A DNA stretch of 64,000 nt. Source: Halieaceae bacterium (GTDB lineage: Bacteria > Pseudomonadota > Gammaproteobacteria > Pseudomonadales > Halieaceae). The position numbers and the translations under genes are program-made. Below are positions 40,448-50,564 of this stretch, in pieces. The notes beneath the pieces are model-generated. The model was not told the origin of the DNA and searched no databases. It saw nothing but the letters and a program-made list of their open reading frames with translations. Location of the stretch: NCBI GenBank assembly GCA_965601975.1, contig OZ271856.1, positions 2,562,240-2,626,239 on the forward strand, written 5' to 3'. Positions within the stretch are counted from its first letter, which is position 1; every line of letters begins with the position of its first letter.

Positions 40448-41812
40448 ATGATGGCGCCTCCAATTACCTCCGATAAGGCGACCCCCGCCAGCGAAACACT
40501 CACCGTCAGCCAGCTCAACCGGATGGCCAAGCGTCTGCTGGAGAGCCATTTCGACTACCTCTGGATCGAGGGAGAGCTGTCGAACCTCGCCACCCCGGCG
40601 TCTGGCCACTGGTATTTCACCCTCAAGGACGACAAGGCCCAGGTGCGCTGCGCCATGTTCCGCAATGCCAACCAGCGTCTGCGCATGCGCCCCCAGAACG
40701 GGCAGCTGGTGCGGGTGCGGGCCCGCGTCTCCCTCTACGAGGGCCGCGGCGAGTTCCAGCTGATCGTCGAATTTCTGGAGGAGGCCGGGGCCGGCGCCCT
40801 GCAGCGCGCGTTCGAGGCACTGAAACTGAAGCTGCAGAACGAGGGCCTGTTTGCGCCGGAACGGAAACGGCCCCTGCCCCCCTTTCCCGGGCGCGTTGCC
40901 ATTGTCAGCTCCCGCAGCGGCGCCGCGGTCCGGGATGTGATCACGGTATTCGGCCGCCGTTTCCCGGCGATCGAGCTGAGCCTGTTCCCGGTACCGGTGC
41001 AGGGCGCTGAAGCGGCGCCTGCCATGTGCGAGGCGCTCGAGACGATTTACGAAAGCCCCAACTTCGATGCCATTGTACTGACCCGGGGCGGCGGCTCTGC
41101 TGAGGACCTGTGGGCCTTCAACGACGAAACCCTGGCCAGGAAGATCGCCGACAGCCCCATTCCCCTGGTCTGCGCGGTGGGCCATGAAATCGACTTCACC
41201 ATCGCGGAATTCGTGGCTGACCGCCGCGCCCCGACCCCGTCGGCGGCAGCGGAGATGCTCAGCCCCGACCAGCGCGACGTCGCCGGCCAACTGTTGGGGG
41301 TGGAGCAGGCCCTGTCGCGGCAGTTTCGCCGTCACCTTAAATTCCTGGCGACCCATGTCAGCGCCGTGGCCGCACGGCTGCGGCACCCCGGTGACCGTTT
41401 GCGGGAACAGAGCCAGCGGCTGGATGACCTGGACCTGCGCCTGCGGCGCGCCCAGCGCGAACGGCTCCAGCGTCAGCGGCACGATATCGCTGTGTTCGCC
41501 CACCGGCTGCAAGCGCTTTCGCCCGCTGCGCGCATCGACAAGATGAAGCTGTCGCTGAGCGGCCTGGCGGGTCGAGCCGGACGGGCGGTCAGGCAGGGGC
41601 TGGGCACGTCTCGCGACGCCCTGGCGCTGCAGACTGCGCGGCTTAACTCACTGAGCCCGGAGCGCACGCTGGAGCGGGGTTATGCGATCGTGCTGGACGC
41701 CGAGGGCCGGCTGGTGCAGGCGGCAACCCAGGTGGCGAAAGGGGATGTGATCACCACCCGCCTCGGTCAGGGCGAGCTGACCAGCGAGGTGCTGGAGACC
41801 CGTGAGGATTAG
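40448..41812 (+). CDS. xseA: Exodeoxyribonuclease VII large subunit
   Basis: OB-fold N-terminus plus XseA catalytic region. Divergent from guaB as in E. coli. Confidence 0.9.
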   Translation: MMAPPITSDKATPASETLTVSQLNRMAKRLLESHFDYLWIEGELSNLATPASGHWYFTLKDDKAQVRCAMFRNANQRLRMRPQNGQLVRVRARVSLYEGRGEFQLIVEFLEEAGAGALQRAFEALKLKLQNEGLFAPERKRPLPPFPGRVAIVSSRSGAAVRDVITVFGRRFPAIELSLFPVPVQGAEAAPAMCEALETIYESPNFDAIVLTRGGGSAEDLWAFNDETLARKIADSPIPLVCAVGHEIDFTIAEFVADRRAPTPSAAAEMLSPDQRDVAGQLLGVEQALSRQFRRHLKFLATHVSAVAARLRHPGDRLREQSQRLDDLDLRLRRAQRERLQRQRHDIAVFAHRLQALSPAARIDKMKLSLSGLAGRAGRAVRQGLGTSRDALALQTARLNSLSPERTLERGYAIVLDAEGRLVQAATQVAKGDVITTRLGQGELTSEVLETRED

Positions 41813-41855
41813 TACGTCGCCGGCAGGCGAGTATGGATGAGAACCCGGAAAGGCT

Positions 41856-42539
41856 TCAGTACTTGGCGGGGAGTCTTGTATTAATGATGATATGGCGACC
41901 TTCGAAGCGGATATAGTCGCCGATGGTCAGGTCCTTGAGAATCCGCGCCACCATCTCGCGGGAGGCACCGACCCGATCCGCAATATCCTGCTGGGTCAGC
42001 TTCTCCGGAATGAACATACTGCCGTCGCCCCGCTCTTCAGCCAGATCCATGAGCACGTTAGCCACCCGGCCATAGACATCCTGCAGGGCCAGGCTCTTAA
42101 CGTCAGCGGTGAGCTTGCGCACGCGGGCCGCGAGGTTGGAGATCAGCTTGCGCGCAATATTGGGATTTTCATCCAGCACCCGGTTGAAGTCGTCCTTGTA
42201 GATGATGCAGAAGCTGGACTTCTCCACGGTGCGCACCGAGGCCGAACGGGAGGAGTCGTCCAGCAGGGCCAGTTCACCAAAGTAGTCACCCTCCCCCTGG
42301 GTGTTCATGATGAACTCCTTGCCGTTCTTGTCGCTGCAGTAAACCTTGACGCGACCGCTCTCGATGATGAACAGGGAATCGGCGGGATCGTTTTCGTGGA
42401 TGACGACCGTATTCTTGGGGAAGGCTCGGCTGGTGCTGCTCGCCGCCAGCGCATTCAGTTCCTCGTCGGACAGACCCTGGAATAACTCGACCTGCTGCAG
42501 TATCAACCCGGAATCCTTTGTTTTTTGTCGTGTTCCCAC
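41856..42539 (-). CDS. Crp/Fnr family transcriptional regulator (cNMP-binding + HTH)
   Basis: cNMP-binding fold (FGELALL..RSASV) with C-terminal HTH (REMVARILKDL). Confidence 0.8.
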   Translation of the reverse strand: MGTRQKTKDSGLILQQVELFQGLSDEELNALAASSTSRAFPKNTVVIHENDPADSLFIIESGRVKVYCSDKNGKEFIMNTQGEGDYFGELALLDDSSRSASVRTVEKSSFCIIYKDDFNRVLDENPNIARKLISNLAARVRKLTADVKSLALQDVYGRVANVLMDLAEERGDGSMFIPEKLTQQDIADRVGASREMVARILKDLTIGDYIRFEGRHIIINTRLPAKY

Positions 42540-42575
42540 GTACGCAGGAACAAAAATTCGCTCAAACTGTGAACA

Positions 42576-44147
42576 GTGTACCCCAGCGCCGCCGAAGGCG
42601 CACTATTACTGCCTTTTCGCCACAGATATAATCCTCCGAGGACTGTGGGGGATAGTCACTTGGCAAGCCAGAGCGAAACATTACCGCTAACCGATCACGT
42701 GCAGCGCGCGCTGGCGGAATTGCGCGCGCAGTCCGAGCCCACCCTGGACAACCTGGCCCAGGAAACCCGCGAAGACCTGGAGCGCCTGGTCTCCGCCGGG
42801 GCCGCCCTCGAGGCCCTGATCAGCGGCAATGACGACATGGATGAAGCCACCCGCCGGCACGACATCATGAATGTGCTGGGCGCCATGCGCGGCTATGCGG
42901 AATTTCTTATCGAGGACCTGGAAGCCAACTTCCCCTCGATCACCTCGGCGTTGGAGCGCGTCCTGAAATCCGTCGCCGCCGCCAGCAGTGGCGGCAAAGG
43001 CGGCGACAGCGGCAGTGCCAGTGCAAGCACACCGCCGGAAGCGGTACTTGCCGACCTGACCGGCACCATCCTCGCCGTGGATGACAACGCCGACAACCGC
43101 GAACTGTTGACCCGCTACCTCGAGCGTTCTGGCCACGACGTGGTCGTGGCCAGCAGCGGCATGGAAGCACTGGCGCGGCTGGCGGACCGACCGGTGGACC
43201 TGGTACTGCTGGACCTGATCATGCCGGGCATGGACGGCAACGAAGTCCTCAAGCGGCTCAAGGAAAATCCCGAGCTGCGTTCCATCCCCGTGATCGTCAT
43301 CTCGGGCCGCCAGGACATGGAAGGCATCATCGAGTGTATCGAGGCCGGCGCCGACGACTACCTGTTCAAGCCTTTCAACCCGGTGCTGCTGCAGGCGCGA
43401 ATCAAGGCCGGACTGGAGCGCAAGCGCTGGCACGACACCGAGGAAAAATACCGCCGCCAGCTCGAGCGCAACGAAAAATTCATCCGCGCCACGTTTGGCC
43501 GCTACGTCTCCGACGAGATTGTCGACAACCTGCTGGAAGAACCCGAGGGCCTGAAGCTCGGCGGGGACCTGCGCGAAGTGACGATGCTGATGTCGGACAT
43601 CCGCCAGTTCTCCACGATCTGCGAACGGCTTGAGGCCGACCAGGTCATGCGCATGCTCAACAACTACCTGGGCGTCATGACCGAGATTATCATCGGCCAC
43701 CAGGGCACCATCGACGAATTTATCGGGGATGCCATCCTTGCGATCTTTGGAGCGCCGATCCAGCGTACGGACGACGCCGATCGCGCCGTTCAGTGTGCGC
43801 TGGATATGCAGCACGCGATGATCGATATCAACCGCAGCAACCGCAAGGCCGGACTGCCGGAAATCAGCATGGGCATCGGCGTCAACACGGGCGACGTCAT
43901 TACCGGCAACATCGGCTCGGAAAAGCGCAGCAAATACGGCGTTGTCGGGCACCACGTCAACCTGACCGCGCGCATCGAGTCACATACCAGCGGCGGCGAC
44001 ATCCTGATTTCCAGCAGCACACTCGACAAGATGAAGTTGCCGGTGCAGCTGGGCCGCCAGCTGCAGGAACGGGTGAAGGGGATCGCGGAGCCGGTCACCA
44101 TGCACGCAGTGCTGCCCACCGTACAGGAGAAGTCCAATGTCTCATGA
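42576..44147 (+). CDS. Multidomain signalling protein: HisKA-like phospho-acceptor (DHp) segment + REC receiver + class III adenylate/guanylate cyclase
   Basis: H-box-like RRHDIMNVLGAMRGYAEFL. REC (ILAVDDNADNRELL..DLVLLDLIMPGMDG..). CYCc (..MLMSDIRQFST.. GDAILAIFGAP .. GIGVNTGDVITGNIGS). Real start may lie downstream of the track start. Confidence 0.8.
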   Translation: MYPSAAEGALLLPFRHRYNPPRTVGDSHLASQSETLPLTDHVQRALAELRAQSEPTLDNLAQETREDLERLVSAGAALEALISGNDDMDEATRRHDIMNVLGAMRGYAEFLIEDLEANFPSITSALERVLKSVAAASSGGKGGDSGSASASTPPEAVLADLTGTILAVDDNADNRELLTRYLERSGHDVVVASSGMEALARLADRPVDLVLLDLIMPGMDGNEVLKRLKENPELRSIPVIVISGRQDMEGIIECIEAGADDYLFKPFNPVLLQARIKAGLERKRWHDTEEKYRRQLERNEKFIRATFGRYVSDEIVDNLLEEPEGLKLGGDLREVTMLMSDIRQFSTICERLEADQVMRMLNNYLGVMTEIIIGHQGTIDEFIGDAILAIFGAPIQRTDDADRAVQCALDMQHAMIDINRSNRKAGLPEISMGIGVNTGDVITGNIGSEKRSKYGVVGHHVNLTARIESHTSGGDILISSSTLDKMKLPVQLGRQLQERVKGIAEPVTMHAVLPTVQEKSNVS

Positions 44148-44508
44148 AATCCTGCTGGTGGAGGATAACGAGCTCAACCGCGACATGCTGACCCGGCGAC
44201 TCAACCGCGCCGGCTACACCGTGCGTGCCGCCGGTGACGGCGAGGCCGCGCTGGCCGCCATGCGTGAATCCACGCCCGACATCGTGCTGCTGGACATGAA
44301 CCTGCCGATCAAGGACGGCTGGACGACCTGCCGGGAAGCCCGGGAGGACCCTTCCCTCGCGGGGCTCAAGATCATCGCCCTCACTGCCCATGCCATGGGC
44401 GAGGACCTTGACCGGGCCATGGAAGCGGGATGCGACGACTACGCTACCAAGCCGGTGGACTTTCCGGACCTGCTGGAAAAAATCCAGACTCTGGTGGACG
44501 GGGGCTGA
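44137..44508 (+). CDS. Single-domain response regulator (CheY-like REC)
   Basis: ILLVEDNELNRDML..DIVLLDMNLPIKDG..TAHAM. Overlaps the cyclase gene end by 11 nt. Confidence 0.85.
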   Translation: MSHEILLVEDNELNRDMLTRRLNRAGYTVRAAGDGEAALAAMRESTPDIVLLDMNLPIKDGWTTCREAREDPSLAGLKIIALTAHAMGEDLDRAMEAGCDDYATKPVDFPDLLEKIQTLVDGG

Positions 44509-44511
44509 CCC

Positions 44512-46059
44512 GTGAGCCTGAGCCGCCGACTCACCCTCTCGCTGCTGGCGATTCTGCTGATTTTCTCGCTGAATGTCGGCACCCACTTCTGGGGCAGCTT
44601 TGCCAGGACCGAGAGCATGAACGCCTACCGGGAGTCGGTGTCCGCACAGCAGTTGGGAACCAGCATCGGTCTGCAATTGGAAGAGCAGCGCAAGCAGGTG
44701 CGCGTGCTGGCGACCCTCAGGGAAACGACCACGGAGCGCCTTGGCGACGAAGACCGCAGCCGCGCCATGGGTAACCTCAATGGCATCACCGACGAAATCA
44801 TCCGGCTGGGCAATGCGGCCCACGAAGTGACCCGCCCCCAGTTTGACGATCTGTGGGAATCGGCCGAGAAGCTGCTGTCCGCCTGGCGGGAATTCTACAA
44901 TCAGTACAACGATCCGGGCTGGACGTCGCCCTTCCCCGCCCCGGACGCGCCGGAGCTGTATGATGCCGTGCGCGAGAAGCTGGTCATGCTGGAAGACCGG
45001 CAGAACTTCATCTCCGACCAGCAGGCGACCATCATCGACCAGACCATCGCGCTGACAGACCGCATCACGGCGATCAGCTTCCTGGCCTCGGTTTTTCTTT
45101 CCAGTATTCTCGGCTTCTTCCTGATCCGCTACACCAACAATTCCTTCAGCCGCCTCAAGACCGGCACCCTCAGGATTGGGGCCGGCGACCTGGAGTACCG
45201 GATCGAGGGTATCGAGGACGCGGGAGAAATCGGCGAGCTGGCCAACGCCTTCAACGATATGACGGGCAAGCTGCGAAAGGCGGTGGAAGAAGTGCGAAAG
45301 GCCAAGGAAAACGCCGACCGCGCCAACGAAGCCAAGTCCAGCTTTCTCGCCAACGTCAGCCACGAACTGCGCACGCCGCTCAACGCCATCATCGGCTATA
45401 GCGAAATGCTGTGGGACGAGGTCGAGGATCCTGGCGAAATTGATCGTTCACAAACCAAGTCGGACCTGGAAAAGATCATCATGTCGGGCAAGCTGCTGCT
45501 CAACCTGATCAATGACATCCTCGACCTGTCCAAGATCGAGACCGGCAAGATCGAGCTCTACGCCGAGGAGTTCAGCGCGAACGAGCTGCTGGAACAGGCG
45601 CGCCATACGGTCGAGCCGATGCGCATGAAGAACAATAATCGCATCGAACTGGAACTGCCCGGGGCACTGCCCACGTTCTACAACGATGCGACCAAGTTCC
45701 GCCAGGTGTTCGTCAACCTGTTGAGCAATGCCTGCAAGTTCACCCATGAGGGCACGATCACGATATCCGCAGACCCGCTGGAAGGCGATGACGGCCTGGT
45801 CATGTTCACCGTCAGCGACACCGGCATTGGCATGACCGACGAGCAGTGCGACAAGGTCTTCGACGCGTTCGTGCAGGCGGACATATCCACCACTCGCAAC
45901 TACGGCGGCACCGGCCTGGGTCTCTCAATCTGTAAGGAGTACTGCGAGATGATGGGAGGCTCGATCCACGTCGAGAGCGAGCCAGAGGTGGGGACTAGTT
46001 TCCGAGTAGTCCTCCCTGTTCAGGTTCACGCCCTAGAGTCAGATCACGAAGCCGCTTGA
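44512..46059 (+). CDS. Sensor histidine kinase (2 TM, periplasmic loop, HAMP, HisKA, HATPase_c)
   Basis: H-box ANVSHELRTPLNAIIGYSEML. N/G boxes (LLSNACKF, DTGIGM, GGTGLGLSIC). Confidence 0.9.
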   Translation: MSLSRRLTLSLLAILLIFSLNVGTHFWGSFARTESMNAYRESVSAQQLGTSIGLQLEEQRKQVRVLATLRETTTERLGDEDRSRAMGNLNGITDEIIRLGNAAHEVTRPQFDDLWESAEKLLSAWREFYNQYNDPGWTSPFPAPDAPELYDAVREKLVMLEDRQNFISDQQATIIDQTIALTDRITAISFLASVFLSSILGFFLIRYTNNSFSRLKTGTLRIGAGDLEYRIEGIEDAGEIGELANAFNDMTGKLRKAVEEVRKAKENADRANEAKSSFLANVSHELRTPLNAIIGYSEMLWDEVEDPGEIDRSQTKSDLEKIIMSGKLLLNLINDILDLSKIETGKIELYAEEFSANELLEQARHTVEPMRMKNNNRIELELPGALPTFYNDATKFRQVFVNLLSNACKFTHEGTITISADPLEGDDGLVMFTVSDTGIGMTDEQCDKVFDAFVQADISTTRNYGGTGLGLSICKEYCEMMGGSIHVESEPEVGTSFRVVLPVQVHALESDHEAA

Positions 46060-46585
46060 TCGCCTGCTCGCGTTTATCCAGTTCGACCCGGAGACTGGCA
46101 TTGGTCTCCTTCAGCTGTTCGATCTGGTCGTACATTTTCAGGAATGAATCCAGCGAGTCCTGCATCAGCTGAACCTCGCCGTGCAGCTTCATATCCTCTG
46201 TAATGCGATCCCGCAGCGGCGGGTAGCTCTGGCGGGCGGCGTCCCGGTCGTAGATCGGGCTGTCCGGGATGATGCTGAGGTAGGCAATGGCAATACCGGA
46301 CTCGATATCGGCCATTTCCGTTTTCTCGATGCGCTGGTAGCGCTGGAAGTACTGCAGGGACTCGAGGTAAGCCCCCTCCTCCAGCGAGTTGAACCCCTTT
46401 TCCAGGAACGTGAAATTCCCCTGGGGATTGTCACAGGAGCAGTCGGCAGTGGGCAGATTCAGGTTGAGTTCAGGAAGGTCCTCACCCTCTGCTGCCGCGG
46501 ACTCACCGCTGGGCTGGGATGCGCAGGCCGCCAGCAGCAGTAGTGCTGACATCAACAGGGCTCGGGCGCCAGTTTCTTTCATCAT
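45995..46585 (-). CDS. Hypothetical coiled-coil lipoprotein
   Basis: Lipobox LLAAC with helical, charged C-terminus. 3' end converges on and overlaps the HK gene end by ~65 nt. Confidence 0.5.
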   Translation of the reverse strand: MMKETGARALLMSALLLLAACASQPSGESAAAEGEDLPELNLNLPTADCSCDNPQGNFTFLEKGFNSLEEGAYLESLQYFQRYQRIEKTEMADIESGIAIAYLSIIPDSPIYDRDAARQSYPPLRDRITEDMKLHGEVQLMQDSLDSFLKMYDQIEQLKETNASLRVELDKREQAIKRLRDLTLGREPEQGGLLGN

Positions 46586-46618
46586 GTAATGGATAATAGC
46601 CTGCGAGCGCGCGGGATG

Positions 46619-46735
46619 TCACTCCAGCGAGGCCGGACTTGTTCTCATCCTGCTTGCGGCGGCGGTCTGCGGCTCGGGCTGCTGCGCCGCGCAGGCGGAC
46701 AACAACAGGGCCGGAACAATCATTATGACTCGCAT
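46619..46735 (-). CDS. Candidate 38-aa lipoprotein-signal-peptide mini-ORF (possible N-terminal duplicate/remnant of the downstream lipoprotein)
   Basis: MRVIMIVPALLLSACAAQQPEPQ.., stop 34 nt before the lipoprotein ATG. Below ORF-track size threshold. Confidence 0.15.
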   Translation of the reverse strand: MRVIMIVPALLLSACAAQQPEPQTAAASRMRTSPASLE

Positions 46736-46783
46736 GCTAACTCCCTTCAGCATGCCCCGAGCATACCCGGATATTCTGGAAAA

Positions 46784-48268
46784 TCACTCCGGCCGCATAT
46801 GCGGGAACAGCAGCACGTCGCGAATGGAGGGCCGGTCGGTCAGGAACATTACCAGGCGATCGATGCCGATGCCCTCGCCCACCGTCGGTGGCAGCCCGTA
46901 CTCCAGCGCGGTGATGTAATCGTCATCGAAGTGCATGGCCTCCAGGTCGCCGGCGTCTTTTTCCGCGACCTGGGCGCGGAAGCGCTCCGCCTGGTCTTCC
47001 GGATCGTTGAGCTCCGAAAAGCCGTTCGCCAGTTCGCGGCCGGCGATAAAAAATTCAAAGCGGTCGGTAACGAACGGGTTTTCGTCATTTCGGCGAGACA
47101 GGGGCGACACTTCAGTGGGGTACTCGGTAATGAAGATCGGATCGTCGAGGTTGTCCTCGACCGTCTTCTCGAAAATCTCCAACTGCACTTTGCCCAGTCC
47201 CCAGCTGTCCTTCAGGGGAATATCCAGCCCTTCTGCGATTGACCGCGCGGATGCCTCGTCAGACAGCTGTTCGGCGCTGATGTCGGGGTTGTAGTGCAGG
47301 ATGGAATCGAACACGGTCATGCGCTGGAACGGCCGCGACATGTCGTAGTCCTTCCCCTGGTAGTGCACGGTGGTACTGCCGAACACTTCCTGGGTGATGG
47401 TGCGCATCATGTCCTCGGTCAGGTCGATCGCATCGTGGTAGTCCGCGAAGGCCCAGTAGAACTCCAGCATCGTGAACTCGGGGTTGTGGCTGGTGGAGAG
47501 ACCTTCGTTGCGGAAGTTGCGATTGATTTCGAACACGCGCTCGAAGCCACCCACAGTCAGCCGCTTGAGGAACAGCTCCGGTGCAACCCGCAGGTACATG
47601 TCGAGATCCAATGCATTGTGATGCGTGATGAACGGCCGCGCGGTCGCACCGCCGGGGATAGTCTGCATCATTGGCGTCTCGACTTCCATGAAGCCGCGCG
47701 CCTGCATGAAGCGGCGGATGGCGTCGATGATCTGCGAGCGCCTGCGAAAAATCTCGCGTGACTCCGAGTTGACGATCAGGTCCACATAGCGGCGGCGGTA
47801 GCGCAGCTCCTGGTCCGACAGGCCGTGGTACTTGTCGGGCAACGGCCGCAGCGCCTTGGTCAGCAGCCGCGCTTCCTCCATGTTGATGTAGAGGTCGCCC
47901 TTGCCGGAGCGATGGATCGGGCCGCGCGCGCCGACGATGTCCCCGAGGTCCCAGGTCTTGATGTCTGCCAGCGTATCTTCGCTGAGCGCCTTGCGGTTCA
48001 CATAGAGCTGAATTTCCCCGCCGTCGTCCTGGATTTGCAGGAAGGCGCCGCGGTTGCGGATAAGCCTGCCGCAGACCGCATATTCATTGTTGGATTGCTC
48101 CAGCGCCTCCTTTTCGGAATCCATATAGCGCTGCTGCAGCTCGCCCGCCGTGGCGGTGCGGCGAAAGTCATTGGGGAAGGCCGGCCCGCGCTCGCGCAGG
48201 GCGTCGAGCTTGGCGCGGCGCTCCGCTACCAGCTTGTTTTCGTCGATGGGCGCCTGCTCGTCATTCAT
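46784..48268 (-). CDS. lysS: Lysine--tRNA ligase
   Basis: Class II LysRS, full length. prfB-lysS operon order. Confidence 0.97.
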   Translation of the reverse strand: MNDEQAPIDENKLVAERRAKLDALRERGPAFPNDFRRTATAGELQQRYMDSEKEALEQSNNEYAVCGRLIRNRGAFLQIQDDGGEIQLYVNRKALSEDTLADIKTWDLGDIVGARGPIHRSGKGDLYINMEEARLLTKALRPLPDKYHGLSDQELRYRRRYVDLIVNSESREIFRRRSQIIDAIRRFMQARGFMEVETPMMQTIPGGATARPFITHHNALDLDMYLRVAPELFLKRLTVGGFERVFEINRNFRNEGLSTSHNPEFTMLEFYWAFADYHDAIDLTEDMMRTITQEVFGSTTVHYQGKDYDMSRPFQRMTVFDSILHYNPDISAEQLSDEASARSIAEGLDIPLKDSWGLGKVQLEIFEKTVEDNLDDPIFITEYPTEVSPLSRRNDENPFVTDRFEFFIAGRELANGFSELNDPEDQAERFRAQVAEKDAGDLEAMHFDDDYITALEYGLPPTVGEGIGIDRLVMFLTDRPSIRDVLLFPHMRPE

Positions 48269-48319
48269 GCTTTTGTCCTGGTTGGCTCAAGGCTGTCTTC
48301 CTGGTTGGCTCAGGGCTGT

Positions 48320-49418
48320 CTACAGCCCTTTCTTCAATGAAGCTTCAATAAACTGGTCGATATCACCGTCCAGCACGGCCTGGGTGTTCGAGGTTTCCAC
48401 GTTGGTACGCAGGTCCTTCACGCGCTGGTCATCGAGCACGTAGGAGCGAATCTGGCTGCCCCAGCCGATATCGGACTTGGTGTCTTCCAGGGCCTGGGCC
48501 GCTTCCTGCCGCTTCAGCATTTCCTGTTCGTAGAGCCGGGCGCGCAGCATCTTCCAGGCCTTGTCCCGGTTCTGGTGCTGGGAGCGCTCGCTCTGGCACT
48601 GAACGACGATACCCGAGGGCTCATGGGTCAGGCGCACGGCGGAGTCAGTCTTGTTCACGTGCTGACCGCCGGCGCCGGATGCCCGGTAGGTGTCGGTGCG
48701 CACGTCGGACGGGTCGACCTCTATTTCTACCGAGTCGTCGATCTCCGGCGAGACGAACACGGAGCTGAAGGACGTGTGGCGGCGATTCCCGGAGTCAAAG
48801 GGCGACTTGCGCACCAGGCGGTGTACACCGGTCTCGGTGCGCAGCCAGCCGAAGGCGTACTCCCCTTCAAAGCGGACGGTGGCACTTTTGATACCGGCAA
48901 CATCGCCGGCGGAAGCTTCCTCCAGCGTGGTTTTGAAGCCGTGGGATTCTCCCCAGCGCAGGTACATGCGCAGCATCATCTCGGCCCAGTCCTGGGCCTC
49001 GGTACCGCCGGAGCCGGCCTGGATATCGAGAAAGGCGTTGTTGGGGTCCATTTCGCCGGCAAACATGCGGCGGAACTCCAGTTGCTCCAGCTGCTTCTGC
49101 AGGCCGTCGATCTCGGAGCGGATATCCTCGACCGCGTCGGCATCGTCTTCCTCCGCGGCCATCTCCAGAAGGTCCGCGGCGTCACTGGCGCCCTCGCTCA
49201 GGGATTCGATGGTTTTGACCACGGCTTCAAGGGCGGCGCGTTCACGGCCCAGTTCCTGGGCGCGTTCCGGCTCGTCCCAGACGCTGGGCTCTGCGAGTTC
49301 GAGTTCTACCTCGGCGAGGCGATCCTTGCGCTGAGCGTAGTCAAAGATACCCCCTAAGCACGTCAGTGCGCTCTTCGATGTCCTTGAGGGCGAGTTGCAG
49401 GGGGTTGATTTCGAGCAT
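48320..49418 (-). CDS. prfB: Peptide chain release factor 2 with canonical programmed +1 frameshift
   Basis: Short frame-0 [28 protein letters not shown] then CTT TGA C (SD-like AGGGGG upstream). Body continues in +1 frame [27 protein letters not shown].. into the track ORF. SPF and GGQ motifs present. Track ORF starts at an internal GTG only because it is frame-restricted. Confidence 0.85.
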
Positions 49419-49463
49419 TGCTATGTGTCGCTGTCAAAAAGGCGGCGAATTGTAGCGCAGGGC

Positions 49464-50531
49464 TCAGACGGCGTTCAACACAACGCCGATAGCGATAATT
49501 TGCGGCAGCGTCACCAGCGGCAGGAACAGGGCGATCTTCCAGGACGCCGTGGTGTCGCGAATCGACATGATTTCCGTGTAGTCGGTGGAAACGCCGGCCA
49601 TCAGGAAGGTGAAGCCGTTGCCGGGCGCGCCGGCGCGATTCATCAGGTCCGCCGCCACCGGCACCGTGCCCTCTGAGCAGACCTCGATGACCGTGGCGGC
49701 CAGCAGGGTCAACCAGAGCCCGGTCATGGTGGCGCCAAACCAGGCCGCGAACTGCTCCGGCGGCACCGCAGCGCGAATGGCCGAGGCCAGCAGGATACCG
49801 AACAGGCCCCAGCGGATGACCACCCGGGAGCCGCGCAGGCCTTCTTTCAGCATGGCCAGCGTGCCCGCGGCAGAGAACTGCCAGCCGGCGCGGAATTCAC
49901 CCCAGAGGTCGGCGAACTGCGCGTCTGGATTCAGGGTCTCCCGGTGAGGGTTGTCCGGCAGCACGCCGCGGCGCACGAAGCCGTCGAAGATCGCCCCGCT
50001 GATCAAACCGATCACCAGCGACAGGCCGATAAACAGCAGCGTCCAGCTGACTCCGATAAGGGCAAACAGGATCAGGGTCAGCGACAGGGAGTTCCAGGGG
50101 CTCGCCAGCAGGAAGGCCATGACCTGGCCAATGGTGGCGCCGCGCTCGTACAGCTTCATGCCGACGGCGAGGATGCCGTGACTGCAGAGGTCGAGGAAGA
50201 CCCCCGCCAGTGTAGCCCGCAGCAGCGAGGTGAATCCGTCGCGATGCCCCAGCACCGACATGACCAGGTCCCTGGGAATGCGCGACAGCAGGCCCACAAA
50301 CACCACACCCAGGGTGAGCCCCCACCACATCTTGTTGAAGATCTCGACCACCCCGTGGGCCAGCACCGTAAAACGGCCGCTGTCTGCGGTGTGCGGCAGG
50401 AACTGCCCGGTCAGGTACAGCAGGACGACGCCGGCCACCACCGCCACCAGGAACCAGTCCCGCTTGTTGGCGGCCTGGGCGCAGTGATCGTGCTCGGTGG
50501 ATTGCGCGGGCTCGTGACAACACTCACTCAT
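49464..50531 (-). CDS. Predicted permease (COG0701/DUF318, ArsP-like) with Cys/His-rich N-terminus
   Basis: About 8 TM. N-terminus MSECCHEPAQSTEHDHC. Conserved membrane-embedded VCSEGTVPV segment. Confidence 0.65.
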   Translation of the reverse strand: MSECCHEPAQSTEHDHCAQAANKRDWFLVAVVAGVVLLYLTGQFLPHTADSGRFTVLAHGVVEIFNKMWWGLTLGVVFVGLLSRIPRDLVMSVLGHRDGFTSLLRATLAGVFLDLCSHGILAVGMKLYERGATIGQVMAFLLASPWNSLSLTLILFALIGVSWTLLFIGLSLVIGLISGAIFDGFVRRGVLPDNPHRETLNPDAQFADLWGEFRAGWQFSAAGTLAMLKEGLRGSRVVIRWGLFGILLASAIRAAVPPEQFAAWFGATMTGLWLTLLAATVIEVCSEGTVPVAADLMNRAGAPGNGFTFLMAGVSTDYTEIMSIRDTTASWKIALFLPLVTLPQIIAIGVVLNAV

Positions 50532-50564
50532 ATGACCAGTCTAGACCCAGAGACCGTGCCCCGG

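Noticed and set aside
42540-42690. TGTGA-containing sequence (aactgtgaacagtgtac) in the crp-like/cyclase divergent promoter as a CRP-type operator.
   Set aside because: It lacks the matching TCACA half-site. Only a -10-like tataat at ~42623 is convincing, so I did not call an operator.
49222-49345. Apparent extra 1-nt indel (second frameshift) in prfB between the programmed shift site and the internal GTG when I counted characters.
   Set aside because: The ORF track shows a continuous + strand ORF (48575..49357) across this spot whose translation requires the intact sequence ..ctgggcgcgttcc.. The track's stop coordinates also differ by 1 from my character count here. My base-level reading is therefore unreliable and prfB is most likely intact apart from the canonical shift.
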